A stretch of 44,343 nucleotides of DNA from Anaerolineales bacterium (GTDB taxonomy: Bacteria; Chloroflexota; Anaerolineae; UBA1429). Numbering within the stretch: the stretch's first letter is position 1; each line of letters begins with the position of its first letter. Both the position numbers and the translations under genes were made by a program. The DNA lies in NCBI GenBank assembly GCA_039680625.1, contig JBDKSN010000024.1:1-44343 (forward strand), in the 5' to 3' direction. Positions 1-8,833 of the stretch are shown here, one piece after another. A model generated the notes under the pieces. It was not told the origin of the DNA. It saw only the letters and a program-made list of their open reading frames with translations, and did not search any database.

Positions 1-348
1 CTCGAGCTCTAGGTCGATCTCTGGCTCGACGCGGAGGGCCTGTTTGACGCTCGCGGGATCCATGTCCTCGTCAAACACGAAGGTGATCCGCCCATCGAGG
101 GCCAGCTCTTGGCCCGGGGTCGGCGTAGCGCTCGCCAAGCTGGGGCCTGTCGCCTGGACCTTGCCAGGAGTTGCGCCCTCGGCGGGTTCCGTGGAAACCT
201 CTTCGCCTGTCGACGTTGCCGGCGCGGTCGCCGTTTGGCCGCCTGGGCCAAAGGTGGGCACCGCCGTAGGCAGGGGCACGGTCGGAGTAGTGCAGGCCAC
301 CATGGCCAGCACGAGCAGCATCACCAGAACCTGATGGATCACTCTCAT
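1..348 (-). CDS. Lipoprotein with Ig-like (Big_5-type) domain, 5' part only; probable bacterial alpha-2-macroglobulin family
   Basis: Not in the ORF track because it runs off the window. Manual translation from the ATG at 348 gives MRVIHQVLVMLLVLAMVAC (lipobox), a Pro/Thr linker, then TPTPGQELALDGRITFVFDEDMDPASVKQAL, an Ig-like start. It begins 1 nt after the pbpC stop; A2M-pbpC pairing is established. Confidence 0.7.
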   Translation of the reverse strand, partial: MRVIHQVLVMLLVLAMVACTTPTVPLPTAVPTFGPGGQTATAPATSTGEEVSTEPAEGATPGKVQATGPSLASATPTPGQELALDGRITFVFDEDMDPASVKQALRVEPEIDLELE

Positions 349-349
349 C

Positions 350-2848
350 CTAGTTGCCTCCCGAGGCTTGATCTACCCAGATATGCACGCGGGCGCTCTC
401 GATGAGCCGGCCATCGGCCAGGCTGGCGCGCGCCAACAGCGTATGCTCGCCTTCTTCTAGTGGCCACAGCGCACTATAGGGGCTCTGTTGCCAAGTCGCG
501 ATGATGCGGTCGTCGAGGAGCAAACTGACCTCGCTGCCTACGGGCAAGGTGGCGGCAGCGACCTGAACGCCGATGGCTTGCGCCGAGCGGGGAAGGGCCT
601 CGCTCAGGCGATAGCGGGCGTTGTCTGCGGGCTGGACGATGCGCAGTGGCGCTGTCTCACTGACTTGGGTGGTTGAAGGAGAGCGCGTCATTGCCGCAAG
701 GCTCGCGGCCTCTTCGGGCCGGGCCAGGCCTTGCTCGATGGCCCAGTCGAGCGCCTCGGCGGGCCAGATGATGGTGGCCCGGCGCACGCAGGCCGGTGCG
801 CTGCACTCGCCCGTAACCGGCTCGCCGGTGGCGGCGTCGACCGCGACCAGTTGGTGCTCGTCGCAGGTCTCGGTAGGCACGTCCTCAGCCAAGAACAACT
901 CCTCGTGCGAGTGAGGACAAGCGCTCGTCGGCAACTTGCCCGACAGGGTGCAAACACGCACTGCCTGCAGACCCGCCGGCCGCACGAACGGCGCCGGCGC
1001 TGTCGGGTGCGCCGCCAGCATCACTTCTTGCCAGACCGGTGCAGCGCCACTCACGCCAGACACACTTTCCATGCGCGAGCCATCGGCATTGCCGACCCAC
1101 ACGCCCACGACCCTGCTCGTAGTATAGCCGACGGTCCAGTTGTCGCGCCAGTCGGTGGTCGTGCCGGTCTTGACGGCAGCAGGCAGGCCCGTCTCCAGGG
1201 CTGAATTGGCGCCAAAGGCAGGCAGGCGCGCATCGCTGTCGGCGAGGATGTCGGTCACCAGGTAGGCGACCCGCTCGTCGATGGTCTGGATCGGGCGCGG
1301 CTCGGGTCGCTGGTAGAGCACCTCGCCCGATGTCGTCTCGACACGTGTGATGAGGTGCGTATCGAGGTAGCGGCCGCCGCGCGCAAGGGTGGCATAGCCG
1401 CGCGCCAACTGGAGCAAGGGCACTTCGCAGCTGCCCAGGGTCATCGCCAGGCCGTGAGCCTCACTATCGGCGAGGGCGGGCGCGCCGGCGCGGTGGGCCA
1501 AGTCGGGCAAGGCTTGCACGCCGATCCGGTCGAGCAGTTCGACGGCGATGACGTTGTACGAGCTGCCCAGGGCCTGCCGCAACGACACCGGCCCGTGGTA
1601 GCGATAATCGTAATTGATGGGCGTGTACGACTTGCCATCGGCCGTGGTAAAGGTGCTGGGCACATCGTACAGCACGCTCGCCGGACCATAGCCCCGCTCA
1701 AAGGCGGCGGCATAGGTAAAGGGCTTGACCGCCGAGCCCGGCTGCCGCAGCGCCAGGGCGCCGTTCACCGCGCCATCGATGGCGCCATCGGCATAGTCGG
1801 GGCTGCCGACCATCACGGCGATACCGCCTGTGGCCACGTCCAAGACGACCACGGCGCCGTTGTGGACGTTGTGCGCGGGCTCGTTGGCGCGCGGCGTGTT
1901 GAGCCGCGCGAGATGCTGCTGTAGCGCGCGTTCCGCCTGTTGTTGCAGGGGCAGGTCGATCGTCGTATAGATCCGCAACCCACCCGCGGCGATCTGTTCG
2001 GGCGTGAGCAGGCTCTCGAGTTCGGTGCGCGCATAGACCACGGCATGGGGCGCGAGCATTGTGCCGTCGTTGCCCGCCAAGCGCAACGGCTCGTTGGCGG
2101 CCTGTTCGGCCTGATCTGCCGTGAGATAGCCGTTCTCTACCATCAGCCGCAGCACCACCTGTTGGCGCTCGAGGGCAGCCTCGGGATGCGTGAGCGGATT
2201 GTATACTTCGGGAGATTGGATCAACCCGGCCAACAAGGCGCATTCGGCTAGATCGAGCTGGGCTACGGGCTTGGCGCAATAGGTCTGAGCGGCAGCCTCA
2301 GCGCCATAGGCATAGGCGCCGAAATAGGTCTGGTTGAGGTAACGCTCGAGGATCTCGTCGCGGGAATAGCGCACGTTGAGGCCAATGGCGAGCACCGCCT
2401 CGCGCAGTATGCGGCGCAGCGAAAGCTCGGTGCGCTCGCTGCTCGGCAATAGGAGCATCCGCGCGAGCTGTTGGGGGATGGTGCTAGCTCCCGAGACGAT
2501 CTGGCCGGCGCGCAGGTTCGAGAACGCCGCGCGCCCAATGGCCAGGATGTCTACACCCGGGTGCCGGTAGAAACGAGCGTCTTCGGTGGCCACCACCGCC
2601 TGGCGCAGGTGAAGCGGCATCTTGTCTAGCGGCACCGAGCGCTGACGGCCGCCGCTCTCGTCGACCATCTCATAGAGCAGGCGGCCATTGCGGTCATAGA
2701 CGTAACCCGAGGGCGCGGTGAGGCCCGCCTCGGGGAGGGTTGTGTCGGGCAGGGGGCCTAGGTACGCGGCCACGCCACCGACACTGATGGCCACGGCCAT
2801 CAGCACCAGCAGCGCGACGCGTACGGCGAGCGGGCAGCGAACGCGCAA
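350..2848 (-). CDS. pbpC: Penicillin-binding protein 1C (transglycosylase-transpeptidase with C-terminal domain)
   Basis: N-terminal TM; TG motif EDARFYRHPGVD; TP motifs QPGSAVK (SxxK), SYN and KTGTT; C-terminal PBP1C-type region with Cys pairs. Confidence 0.9.
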   Translation of the reverse strand: MRVRCPLAVRVALLVLMAVAISVGGVAAYLGPLPDTTLPEAGLTAPSGYVYDRNGRLLYEMVDESGGRQRSVPLDKMPLHLRQAVVATEDARFYRHPGVDILAIGRAAFSNLRAGQIVSGASTIPQQLARMLLLPSSERTELSLRRILREAVLAIGLNVRYSRDEILERYLNQTYFGAYAYGAEAAAQTYCAKPVAQLDLAECALLAGLIQSPEVYNPLTHPEAALERQQVVLRLMVENGYLTADQAEQAANEPLRLAGNDGTMLAPHAVVYARTELESLLTPEQIAAGGLRIYTTIDLPLQQQAERALQQHLARLNTPRANEPAHNVHNGAVVVLDVATGGIAVMVGSPDYADGAIDGAVNGALALRQPGSAVKPFTYAAAFERGYGPASVLYDVPSTFTTADGKSYTPINYDYRYHGPVSLRQALGSSYNVIAVELLDRIGVQALPDLAHRAGAPALADSEAHGLAMTLGSCEVPLLQLARGYATLARGGRYLDTHLITRVETTSGEVLYQRPEPRPIQTIDERVAYLVTDILADSDARLPAFGANSALETGLPAAVKTGTTTDWRDNWTVGYTTSRVVGVWVGNADGSRMESVSGVSGAAPVWQEVMLAAHPTAPAPFVRPAGLQAVRVCTLSGKLPTSACPHSHEELFLAEDVPTETCDEHQLVAVDAATGEPVTGECSAPACVRRATIIWPAEALDWAIEQGLARPEEAASLAAMTRSPSTTQVSETAPLRIVQPADNARYRLSEALPRSAQAIGVQVAAATLPVGSEVSLLLDDRIIATWQQSPYSALWPLEEGEHTLLARASLADGRLIESARVHIWVDQASGGN

Positions 2849-2939
2849 GATGACTCACCCCTGCAGGCTATGCTGGATCAATGACGCTTGGCAGGTGTGA
2901 ACGGTTCCCGAAAGGGCGTGGTTCGCGCCGATCTGCCCA

Positions 2940-3965
2940 CTAGTAGTCGCGGCCGAGGAGCGACGCGATCAGTGTGGGCAAGAGAGACGCTGCGGGTTCT
3001 CGGAGCGGGAGAGTCGCGAGCAGCGAAAGCGCCGCCTCGTGGTTCCGTCGCGTGGCTTGCTGGGTGTGCTCTCGGGCGCCGGCCCGCTCGAGGCAGCGCG
3101 AGATCGCGGCGACGTCAGCCGGTGCATCTGTCGCGCGATAGAGCTGCTCGAGGTCACGCAGCCCGCGTTCGGCCTCCCAGGCAAAGGTGTAGGCCACCGG
3201 ATACGTCTTCTTGCGGCTGGCAAGGTCGCTGGCGGCGGGCTTGCCCGTGACGGCGGGGTCTCCCCAGATGCCCAGCAGGTCGTCTGCGATCTGAAAGGCC
3301 AGGCCCAGCGCCAAGCCTAGGTCAGCCAGGCGTCGTTGGACGTCGGCCGAAGCGCCGGCGAGCAGCCCGCCACCCTGGAAGGCGGCAGCGAACAAGGCGG
3401 CCGTCTTGCCGCGCGCCATGTGCTCATACTCGTCGAGCGTGATACTCGGGCGAGACTCGAACCCGATGTCGAGGTACTGGCCCTCGCAGAGAGCGAGAGA
3501 AGTGCGGTCGAGTAGGGCTACCGCATCGAGCACTGTGTCGGCCGAATAGCCCACACCGCGCAGGTCGTGCAGGGTCAGGCGCGCCAGAGACCACATGGCG
3601 TCGCCGGTGTTGATGCCCTGCGCCAGCCCCCAGATGGCCCACACGGTTGGCCGATGGTGCCGCAACGGATCGCCGTCCTCGATGTCGTCGTGGATGAGCG
3701 AAAAGTTGTGCACCAGTTCGAGCGCGGCGGCGTAGGGGGTGGCCTGGCGCCAATCTCCGCCGAGGCCTGCGCAGCAGAGCAGACAAAAGGTCGGGCGCAG
3801 CCGCTTGCCCTCACGGGCGGCGAGGGGGGCGAACGAAGCATCGCACCAGCCGAGGTGGTAGCGCATCATGCCATAGAGCGGTTGCAGGGCGGGGTCATCG
3901 GTGACCAGGGCGCGGCGCATGGCCGCCTCCGTCGCCTGGCGGTACTCGTCGAGTGGATCAGGCAT
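2940..3965 (-). CDS. Short-chain polyprenyl diphosphate synthase (GGPP/FPP synthase, IdsA-like)
   Basis: GKRLRP, FARM HNFSLIHDDIED, GQYLD, KTA, SARM FQIADDLLG. Confidence 0.92.
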   Translation of the reverse strand: MPDPLDEYRQATEAAMRRALVTDDPALQPLYGMMRYHLGWCDASFAPLAAREGKRLRPTFCLLCCAGLGGDWRQATPYAAALELVHNFSLIHDDIEDGDPLRHHRPTVWAIWGLAQGINTGDAMWSLARLTLHDLRGVGYSADTVLDAVALLDRTSLALCEGQYLDIGFESRPSITLDEYEHMARGKTAALFAAAFQGGGLLAGASADVQRRLADLGLALGLAFQIADDLLGIWGDPAVTGKPAASDLASRKKTYPVAYTFAWEAERGLRDLEQLYRATDAPADVAAISRCLERAGAREHTQQATRRNHEAALSLLATLPLREPAASLLPTLIASLLGRDY

Positions 3966-4983
3966 CGCCCCCCCTTAGGATCGTCTGGGCATCGAGCGCG
4001 CTGACTGTGGCCGCGCCCGTAGCGAACATGGCGGCGGTCAGTTGCGCCTGGATGACGGCCAGAGCGCGCTCGACGGCCTCGGCTGACTCGGCCGCGGCCG
4101 GCAGGAGGCCCGCGGCGACGCCCCCCAGGCTCGCGCCCAGTGCCAGACACTTGGCCAGGTCGACGCCAGTGCGCAGGCCGCCACTGGCGATGACGGGCAG
4201 GGTGGGGCAGGCCTCGACCACGGCGCGCAGCGATTCGACCGTGGTCAGCCCCCAACTGCGGAAGGGAGCGGCGACCTCAGCGATGAAGGGATCAGTGGCG
4301 CGCAGCCGCTCGACCTCGCTCCACGAGGTGCCGCCGGCGCCCGCCACGTCGAGGGCAGTTACGCCCGCCGAGGCCAGCGCAGCCGCCACCGGGCCGGACA
4401 GCCCCCAGCCCACTTCTTTGACGATGACCGGGAAGGGCACAACCGCGCACACCTCGGCGATGCGGTCGAGCAGCCCGCGAAAGGCGGTGTCGCCGCCCGG
4501 CTGGAGCGCCTCTTGCAGGGCATTGAGGTGCAAGATCAGTCCGTCGGCCTCGACGAGCTCGACGAGCCGCCGACAGTCCTGCGCGGTCAGGCCCTGGTTC
4601 AGTTGCACCGCGCCCAGGTTGGCCAGGAGCAGGATGTCGGGCGCGACGTCGCGCACACGAAACGTGGGCAGCGTGTCTGGTTCGAGCAGAGCGATGCGCC
4701 CCGAGCCCAGCGCCAGGGCCACGCCGGTGGCCTGCGCGGCTTGCGCCAGACGACGATTGATGCGCCCGCCCTCGGGCGTGCCGCCCGTCATCGAGGAGAG
4801 CAACAGGGGCATCGCCAAAGAGTGGCCCAAGAAGTCGGTTGCCGTCGAGACGTCGCGCAGGTTCAGGTCGGGCAGGGCGTTGTGCCGCAGACGAATAGCC
4901 TCGAGGCCGGTGGACAGGCACGAGCGGACGTCGGCAGACAGGCAGATGTAGAGGTGGTCTTGTTTGCGTTTGGCGTGGTCCAT
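3958..4983 (-). CDS. fni: Type 2 isopentenyl-diphosphate delta-isomerase (FMN-dependent)
   Basis: RKQDH, SSMTGG, GSGR, HLNALQE, KEVGWG, GAGGTSW, SGGLR motifs. Start reassigned to MDHAKRK at 4983; the ORF-track extension crosses the promoter. Confidence 0.93.
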   Translation of the reverse strand: MDHAKRKQDHLYICLSADVRSCLSTGLEAIRLRHNALPDLNLRDVSTATDFLGHSLAMPLLLSSMTGGTPEGGRINRRLAQAAQATGVALALGSGRIALLEPDTLPTFRVRDVAPDILLLANLGAVQLNQGLTAQDCRRLVELVEADGLILHLNALQEALQPGGDTAFRGLLDRIAEVCAVVPFPVIVKEVGWGLSGPVAAALASAGVTALDVAGAGGTSWSEVERLRATDPFIAEVAAPFRSWGLTTVESLRAVVEACPTLPVIASGGLRTGVDLAKCLALGASLGGVAAGLLPAAAESAEAVERALAVIQAQLTAAMFATGAATVSALDAQTILRGGDA

Positions 4984-4993
4984 CGTAGGGTCT

Positions 4994-5022
4994 AGTCTAG
5001 GGAGGGTGGGCGTTGTCGTCAA
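4994..5022 (-). promoter_or_regulatory. Putative sigma70 promoter of fni
   Basis: Minus strand TTGACG (5022-5017), N17, TAGACT (4999-4994), 10 nt before the ATG. Confidence 0.55.
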
Positions 5023-5028
5023 CCGGAG

Positions 5029-5058
5029 GAGGGGCGGGGCGGGCAGGCTTGCTGGCCG
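5029..5058 (+). repeat. Left copy of island-flanking direct repeat
   Basis: GAGGGGCGGGGCGGGCAGGCTTGCTGGCCG; matches 18983-19010 except for two extra G in homopolymer runs; 17 bp core GGCAGGCTTGCTGGCCG is identical. Confidence 0.8.
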
Positions 5059-5231
5059 TCGCGGCAATGGTGCTGCGCTCGCATGGAAGGGGATGTCGAG
5101 GCTAGAATAGCCGTACATGATCATCGGTTGTGTGCCCACTGGGAACCAGGTACAGGGGTCACGCTGGGCCAGTCTGCGTTCACCTGCTGCTCAACGTGGC
5201 GTGCCCATATCACGCCCGTCTGGAGACACTC

Positions 5232-7385
5232 ATGACTCTTTCCGCTCGCTCCTCGCTCGATGCTGACCTGCGTCTGCCGCACGAGCCCGTGCTTGTGGCC
5301 GTGCTCGCGTTTACCGTGGCGCTCGTTGTAGCCGACCCACGCCTCTCCACTGGCCGTGATGTGCCGTCCCTGGCGGCCATATTGTTTACCATCGCTGGAT
5401 CGGTGTGGCTGGTGGGTCACTGGCGACCGGCAAGCGCGCCATGGCTGGCCTGGCTCCTACTGGCCGCTACGCTGATGCTGACCCGCCTCTGGTGCGGTTG
5501 GCCAGGTCTGCTTACCCTGCTGGCCATCCCCACGGCTCTGGCGGGCGCCATGATATCCCCCTCGGCGGCAATGGTGGCGGCGGTGATACAGTCGGCCCTC
5601 CTGGGCATATGGCTCTCGGGTACGCTCCCGACGGGCGAGGGTGCCATCGCGTTGATCGCCGTGTGGGCTGGGGCCGGGCTGGTCGCAGCGTTGTTTCGCC
5701 CGGTGCGCCAGTTCGCCAACTGGTCGTGGGAGCACTATGCGCTTGGCCAGCAACTGCTTGAGGAGGCGCGCGAACGTCAGTCGCAGCTCAAGGACACCCT
5801 GGATGCCCTGGCCTACGCTAACCAACAGCTCGACCTGGCCAACCAGCGGCTCGCCGCAATGCGCAAGACTGCTGAAGAGGCTGAGCGCAGCAAGGCCGCT
5901 TTTGTGGCCAACGTTAGCCACGAGTTCCGCACGCCGCTCAACATCATCATCGGGCTGGCCGAGCTGCTCATGGACGCTCCGACTGTCTATGGCGCCGAGC
6001 TGCCCCCAGCGGTAAGACGCGACATTGAGGTCATGCATCGCAACTCCGAGCACCTCGCTAGCCTGGTCAACGATGTCCTCGACCTCAGTCAGGTGGAGAC
6101 GGGGAAGATGGCCCTGCAGCGCGAGTGGGTCGACTTGCCCGCACTGGTGAGATCGGCGGTGGCGATCGTCGAGCCGCTCATCCGCGAAAAGACCCTCCCT
6201 ATCGAGCTGCAGATCCCCTCGGATGTGCCCACGGTTTACTGTGATCCACGACGAATACGCCAGGTGGTGTTGAATCTCGTCAGTAATGCCGCACGCTTTA
6301 CCGAGCAGGGCGGTATCACCGTGACTATCCAGGCCAACGACGGCGTCGTGCGCGTTAGCGTGCGCGACACTGGCCCCGGCCTTACTGAGGCCGACCGCGT
6401 TCGCGTCTTTGAGCCATTCAACCAGGGTGGAACGTTGAGCGCGATGCGCAGTCACGGCAGCGGTCTGGGACTAAGCATCAGCCGTCAGTTCGTCGAGATG
6501 CATCAGGGGACTATCACTCTCGAGAGTGCGCCTGGGGTAGGGAGCGAGTTCGCGTTCACGCTGCCTATCGAACCGCCACCGGGACCTCGCGAGCCAGCAG
6601 AACGCTGGATCAGCGATGGCTGGGAAGCGCGCCGCGCGCGCGCGCGTGTGGTGCCCCCTCAGCTACAGAATCGCCTCATGCTGGTAGACACGGTAGGTGA
6701 TCTGCAACCCGTCCTCGAGCGCTACGCTCACGATGTGACCCTCGTGCCTGCGCATGATCTGGAAGAGGCGCAGGAACGCATGGCTACCGCGGCGACGGAG
6801 GGGTTGCTCGTGAACGCCCCTACCGTCGCCGCGCTATGGCCAGCGCTGGAAGCGGCTACGCGTGCGTTTCCCGATACGCCAGTAGTGGGTTGCGTGCTCC
6901 CCGCCGCCAATGCGCACGCGCTCGCTGCGGGTGCGCGTGGTTACCTGACCAAACCGCTCAACTATGAGATGCTTGCCGCCATTCTGGCCACCTTCAGCCC
7001 GCCGCCACGCCGCATCCTGTTGGTCGACGACGATCCCGACGCGCTCGACCTCATGTCTCGTCTACTTTCCCGCTCCGACGAGAGCATCGACGTGCTCACT
7101 GCTGACACGGGGCAGAGCACCTTGGCATGCATGTTAGCAGATACGCCCGATCTTGTGTTGCTCGACATCGTGCTGCCCGAGATGGTTGGTTGGCAGGTAC
7201 TGCAGCGTGCCCAGAACGATGAACGATTGCGCCGGATACCCGTGGTGCTCGTCTCAGCCCAAGATCCGCGGGACGAACCCCTCGCCAGCCCGCTCATTGT
7301 GGCGAGCATGGCTGGTGGTTTGTCGCTCACCAAGGTGCTACGTTGTTCGCAGACGCTGGCGGGCCTGCTGATGCAGCCAGACTGA
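5232..7385 (+). CDS. Membrane-bound hybrid sensor histidine kinase with two C-terminal receiver-like domains
   Basis: Multi-TM N-terminus, coiled coil, H-box VSHEFRTPL, N-box NLVSNA, DTGPG, GSGLGL; receiver LLVDDD...LLDIVLP. GGAG RBS before the ATG at 5232. Confidence 0.88.
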   Translation: MTLSARSSLDADLRLPHEPVLVAVLAFTVALVVADPRLSTGRDVPSLAAILFTIAGSVWLVGHWRPASAPWLAWLLLAATLMLTRLWCGWPGLLTLLAIPTALAGAMISPSAAMVAAVIQSALLGIWLSGTLPTGEGAIALIAVWAGAGLVAALFRPVRQFANWSWEHYALGQQLLEEARERQSQLKDTLDALAYANQQLDLANQRLAAMRKTAEEAERSKAAFVANVSHEFRTPLNIIIGLAELLMDAPTVYGAELPPAVRRDIEVMHRNSEHLASLVNDVLDLSQVETGKMALQREWVDLPALVRSAVAIVEPLIREKTLPIELQIPSDVPTVYCDPRRIRQVVLNLVSNAARFTEQGGITVTIQANDGVVRVSVRDTGPGLTEADRVRVFEPFNQGGTLSAMRSHGSGLGLSISRQFVEMHQGTITLESAPGVGSEFAFTLPIEPPPGPREPAERWISDGWEARRARARVVPPQLQNRLMLVDTVGDLQPVLERYAHDVTLVPAHDLEEAQERMATAATEGLLVNAPTVAALWPALEAATRAFPDTPVVGCVLPAANAHALAAGARGYLTKPLNYEMLAAILATFSPPPRRILLVDDDPDALDLMSRLLSRSDESIDVLTADTGQSTLACMLADTPDLVLLDIVLPEMVGWQVLQRAQNDERLRRIPVVLVSAQDPRDEPLASPLIVASMAGGLSLTKVLRCSQTLAGLLMQPD

Positions 7386-8559
7386 TGGCGTCATCGAGCG
7401 CGGCGAGCAACTGCTGTCGCCGGACGGGTTTGTTCACGCAAGCCGTGGCTCCGAGGGCAAGGGCGAGTTCCTCTTCGTGCACGACCGAGCAGACAATGAC
7501 CGGAATGCCGCGCGAGGCAGGATGCTCGTGGAGCTGCGTGAGCAACTCCCAGCCATCGACATCGGGCAGCATCAGGTCGAGCACGATGGCGCCGGGGCGT
7601 TCGCGGGCTAGGACCTCAAACACCCTTCGCCCCTCGGCCAAATGCACCATGCGGTAGATGGTGCCCGCCAAACACAAGCCATAGTAGTGCACGAGATCGG
7701 GATTGTCATCGAGAACAAGCACCTTGACGCTGCGCGTGGAAGGCAACGCAATCTGCAGGACCGTGCCGTCGCTGGCGATGCTCGTCTCGAGTGATCCCCC
7801 CTGCGTCTCGATCAACTCGGCGGCCACCCACTCGGCCGGCGGCTCGACGACAGCCGGTCGGGCTACAGCGCGCAAGAGAACCTCACTGGCACTCTCCTCC
7901 GCTGATAGGTCCACTGTGCCGCCCTCGAGCGATCGCACGAGGTAGCTCACCACAGCGATCAGGATCTGATGGAGCACGCTCGGGTGTACGATCACCGCGG
8001 CATTCGGGTCTACAGAGGCCAGGCGTACAGTGACGCCCCTGCGCGCACTCCAGCTCTTGGTCAGTGCCAGCGCCTCCTCCAGGGCTGGAAGCACCGAGGC
8101 CACGGCGTCCTGTTTGTGCGCACCAAGGGCGGCCACCTCGGCTTCGACCTGTTCGCTGACCCCAGAAAGTCTGCCGCTTGTGTCCGCGATGGAGGCAGCA
8201 CCCTCTTGGGCGACCAACTGTTGCGCCAGCATCTCGATAGCTGCATTCTGTTCACGCCCCAGGTGTCGCACCGTAATGGCCAGCCGTTGGGCGGTCTCGT
8301 CTTGCGTCAGGTGCTCGATGTAGCGCAGGCGTAGGATGTCATAGAGTCTCCAGGCGCGCGTGTCGCCAGGCACATCTGGCCCGGGTTGCATTCCGTCGAT
8401 GGCGCGCAAGAGCATTTCGCGAGCACGCACCATATCGGCGCCCACATCCCCGAGCGCCCGAGCCAGCACGTCTGGCACCGTCGACGTCGGGTCGTAGAGG
8501 TGGCTCAGGGCCTCGCGCAGCGCATTCACTAGTGGATCTGGGTCGTTTGTGTCAGGCAT
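7327..8559 (-). CDS. Response regulator: N-terminal sigma70-region-4-like HTH, degenerate HATPase-like middle, C-terminal receiver
   Basis: LRLRYIEHLTQDETAQRLAITVRHLGREQ (HTH); receiver VLDDNP...VLDLMLPDVDGW...NKP. Overlaps the kinase 3' end convergently by 59 bp. Confidence 0.82.
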   Translation of the reverse strand: MPDTNDPDPLVNALREALSHLYDPTSTVPDVLARALGDVGADMVRAREMLLRAIDGMQPGPDVPGDTRAWRLYDILRLRYIEHLTQDETAQRLAITVRHLGREQNAAIEMLAQQLVAQEGAASIADTSGRLSGVSEQVEAEVAALGAHKQDAVASVLPALEEALALTKSWSARRGVTVRLASVDPNAAVIVHPSVLHQILIAVVSYLVRSLEGGTVDLSAEESASEVLLRAVARPAVVEPPAEWVAAELIETQGGSLETSIASDGTVLQIALPSTRSVKVLVLDDNPDLVHYYGLCLAGTIYRMVHLAEGRRVFEVLARERPGAIVLDLMLPDVDGWELLTQLHEHPASRGIPVIVCSVVHEEELALALGATACVNKPVRRQQLLAALDDAISLAASAGPPASANNVAPW

Positions 8560-8603
8560 GTCAGGCGTGTGTCAGTCTGCAGTCAGCCGAGCGTCATGGT
8601 CAG
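8551..8603. promoter_or_regulatory. Phased GTCA(G) direct-repeat array, probable operator
   Basis: GTCA at 8551, 8560, 8571, 8582, 8593 and 8599; four copies are exactly 11 bp apart. The array straddles the regulator start codon, upstream of the divergent ABC operon. Confidence 0.6.
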
Positions 8604-8833
8604 CACTGCTTCGTTCGTTCATACTGTCCATAGCAAAGGCGACGTCGGGCGGCCACTAGCAATTGCCGCCCACCAGCGGCCTCACTGCCGCATGGCATCA
8701 TGGTAGTGGAGCGGTGTGTCGCCGTCAAGGGAGAGGTGCCCTGCCTGGGCACCTGGAAGGAGGGGCTCATCAACAGGACGAGTGTTCTCGGTCGCTGCTC
8801 ATCTGGGTGTCTATGGAGAGAAGGAGCTGAGAA

